Shown here: positions 63,872 to 64,000 of the stretch, one piece after another
How positions within the stretch are numbered: the stretch's first letter is position 1
Layout of the letters: every line of letters starts with the position of its first letter
Source of the DNA: a virus
Lineage: Duplodnaviria; Heunggongvirae; Uroviricota; Caudoviricetes
Virus record (IMG/VR): IMGVR_UViG_3300021400_000025
Span: 86,479 to 150,478 of that record
Direction: 5' to 3' (one strand)
DNA: 64,000 bases
Made by a program: the position numbers and the translations under genes
Notes under the pieces: model-generated
What the model was told of the DNA's origin: nothing
The model's input: the letters and a program-made list of their open reading frames with translations, nothing else
The model's database searches: none

Positions 63872-64000
63872 TACAGGTCCTCATATGTGAGAGTTTCGCC
63901 TGCCGCGGTGATCTTGAAAGACCCATCTGTGCATTCCACCACAGGAACTTCATATTCTCCGGCACCAAGTTGCGAGACAGTAAGCATTGTCTTGGCATCA
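63872..64000 (-). CDS. 3' end of a minus-strand gene entering from beyond the window (...DAKTMLTVSQLGAGEYEVPVVECTDGSFKITAAGETLTYEDL, then TAATAA)
   Basis: Manual minus-strand translation. Not in the track because the ORF has no start inside the window. Confidence 0.45.

Overview
This window reads as a 64-kb stretch of a large virulent tailed dsDNA phage genome, roughly 47% GC, with strong Shine-Dalgarno sites and a Gram-negative-like outer-membrane-protein signature. Two modules are visible. (1) A late or virion module (1..~21400 and ~60060..64000) driven by a recurring TGGTAAATA / TTGTAAATA motif. Its long genes are interrupted only by in-frame TAG codons, which points to amber-codon reassignment: a 9.6-kb single frame 2024..11590 containing 15 TAG codons and no TGA/TAA, and further single-frame stretches 13926..15509, 15502..18561 and 1..1952(-). 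(2) An early/middle module (~21400..60060) of about 80 short plus-strand genes behind sigma70-like promoters (ACCCCCTTGACT-N17-TGTGATATACTATAGGTG, or TGnTATAAT). Recognisable products are T4-type RNA ligase 1 (RnlA), a HAD phosphatase, an ABC-ATPase and GNAT pair joined by an apparent -1 frameshift at an A7 run, a QueC-like PP-loop enzyme, a DNA amino-methyltransferase, a metallophosphoesterase, a divergent ThyX-like protein, an HNH endonuclease, an SPFH lipoprotein, an NAD-dependent DNA ligase split into two separate genes, tRNA-Arg(TCT), and two tandem paralog families. A minus-strand IS605-type TnpB (39566..40843) sits in the early region. It is open only if five in-frame TAGs are read as sense, and its RuvC-III motif lies downstream of one of them. 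The ORF track misses any ORF lacking an in-window stop and any TAG-split ORF. Several calls below come from manual translation.
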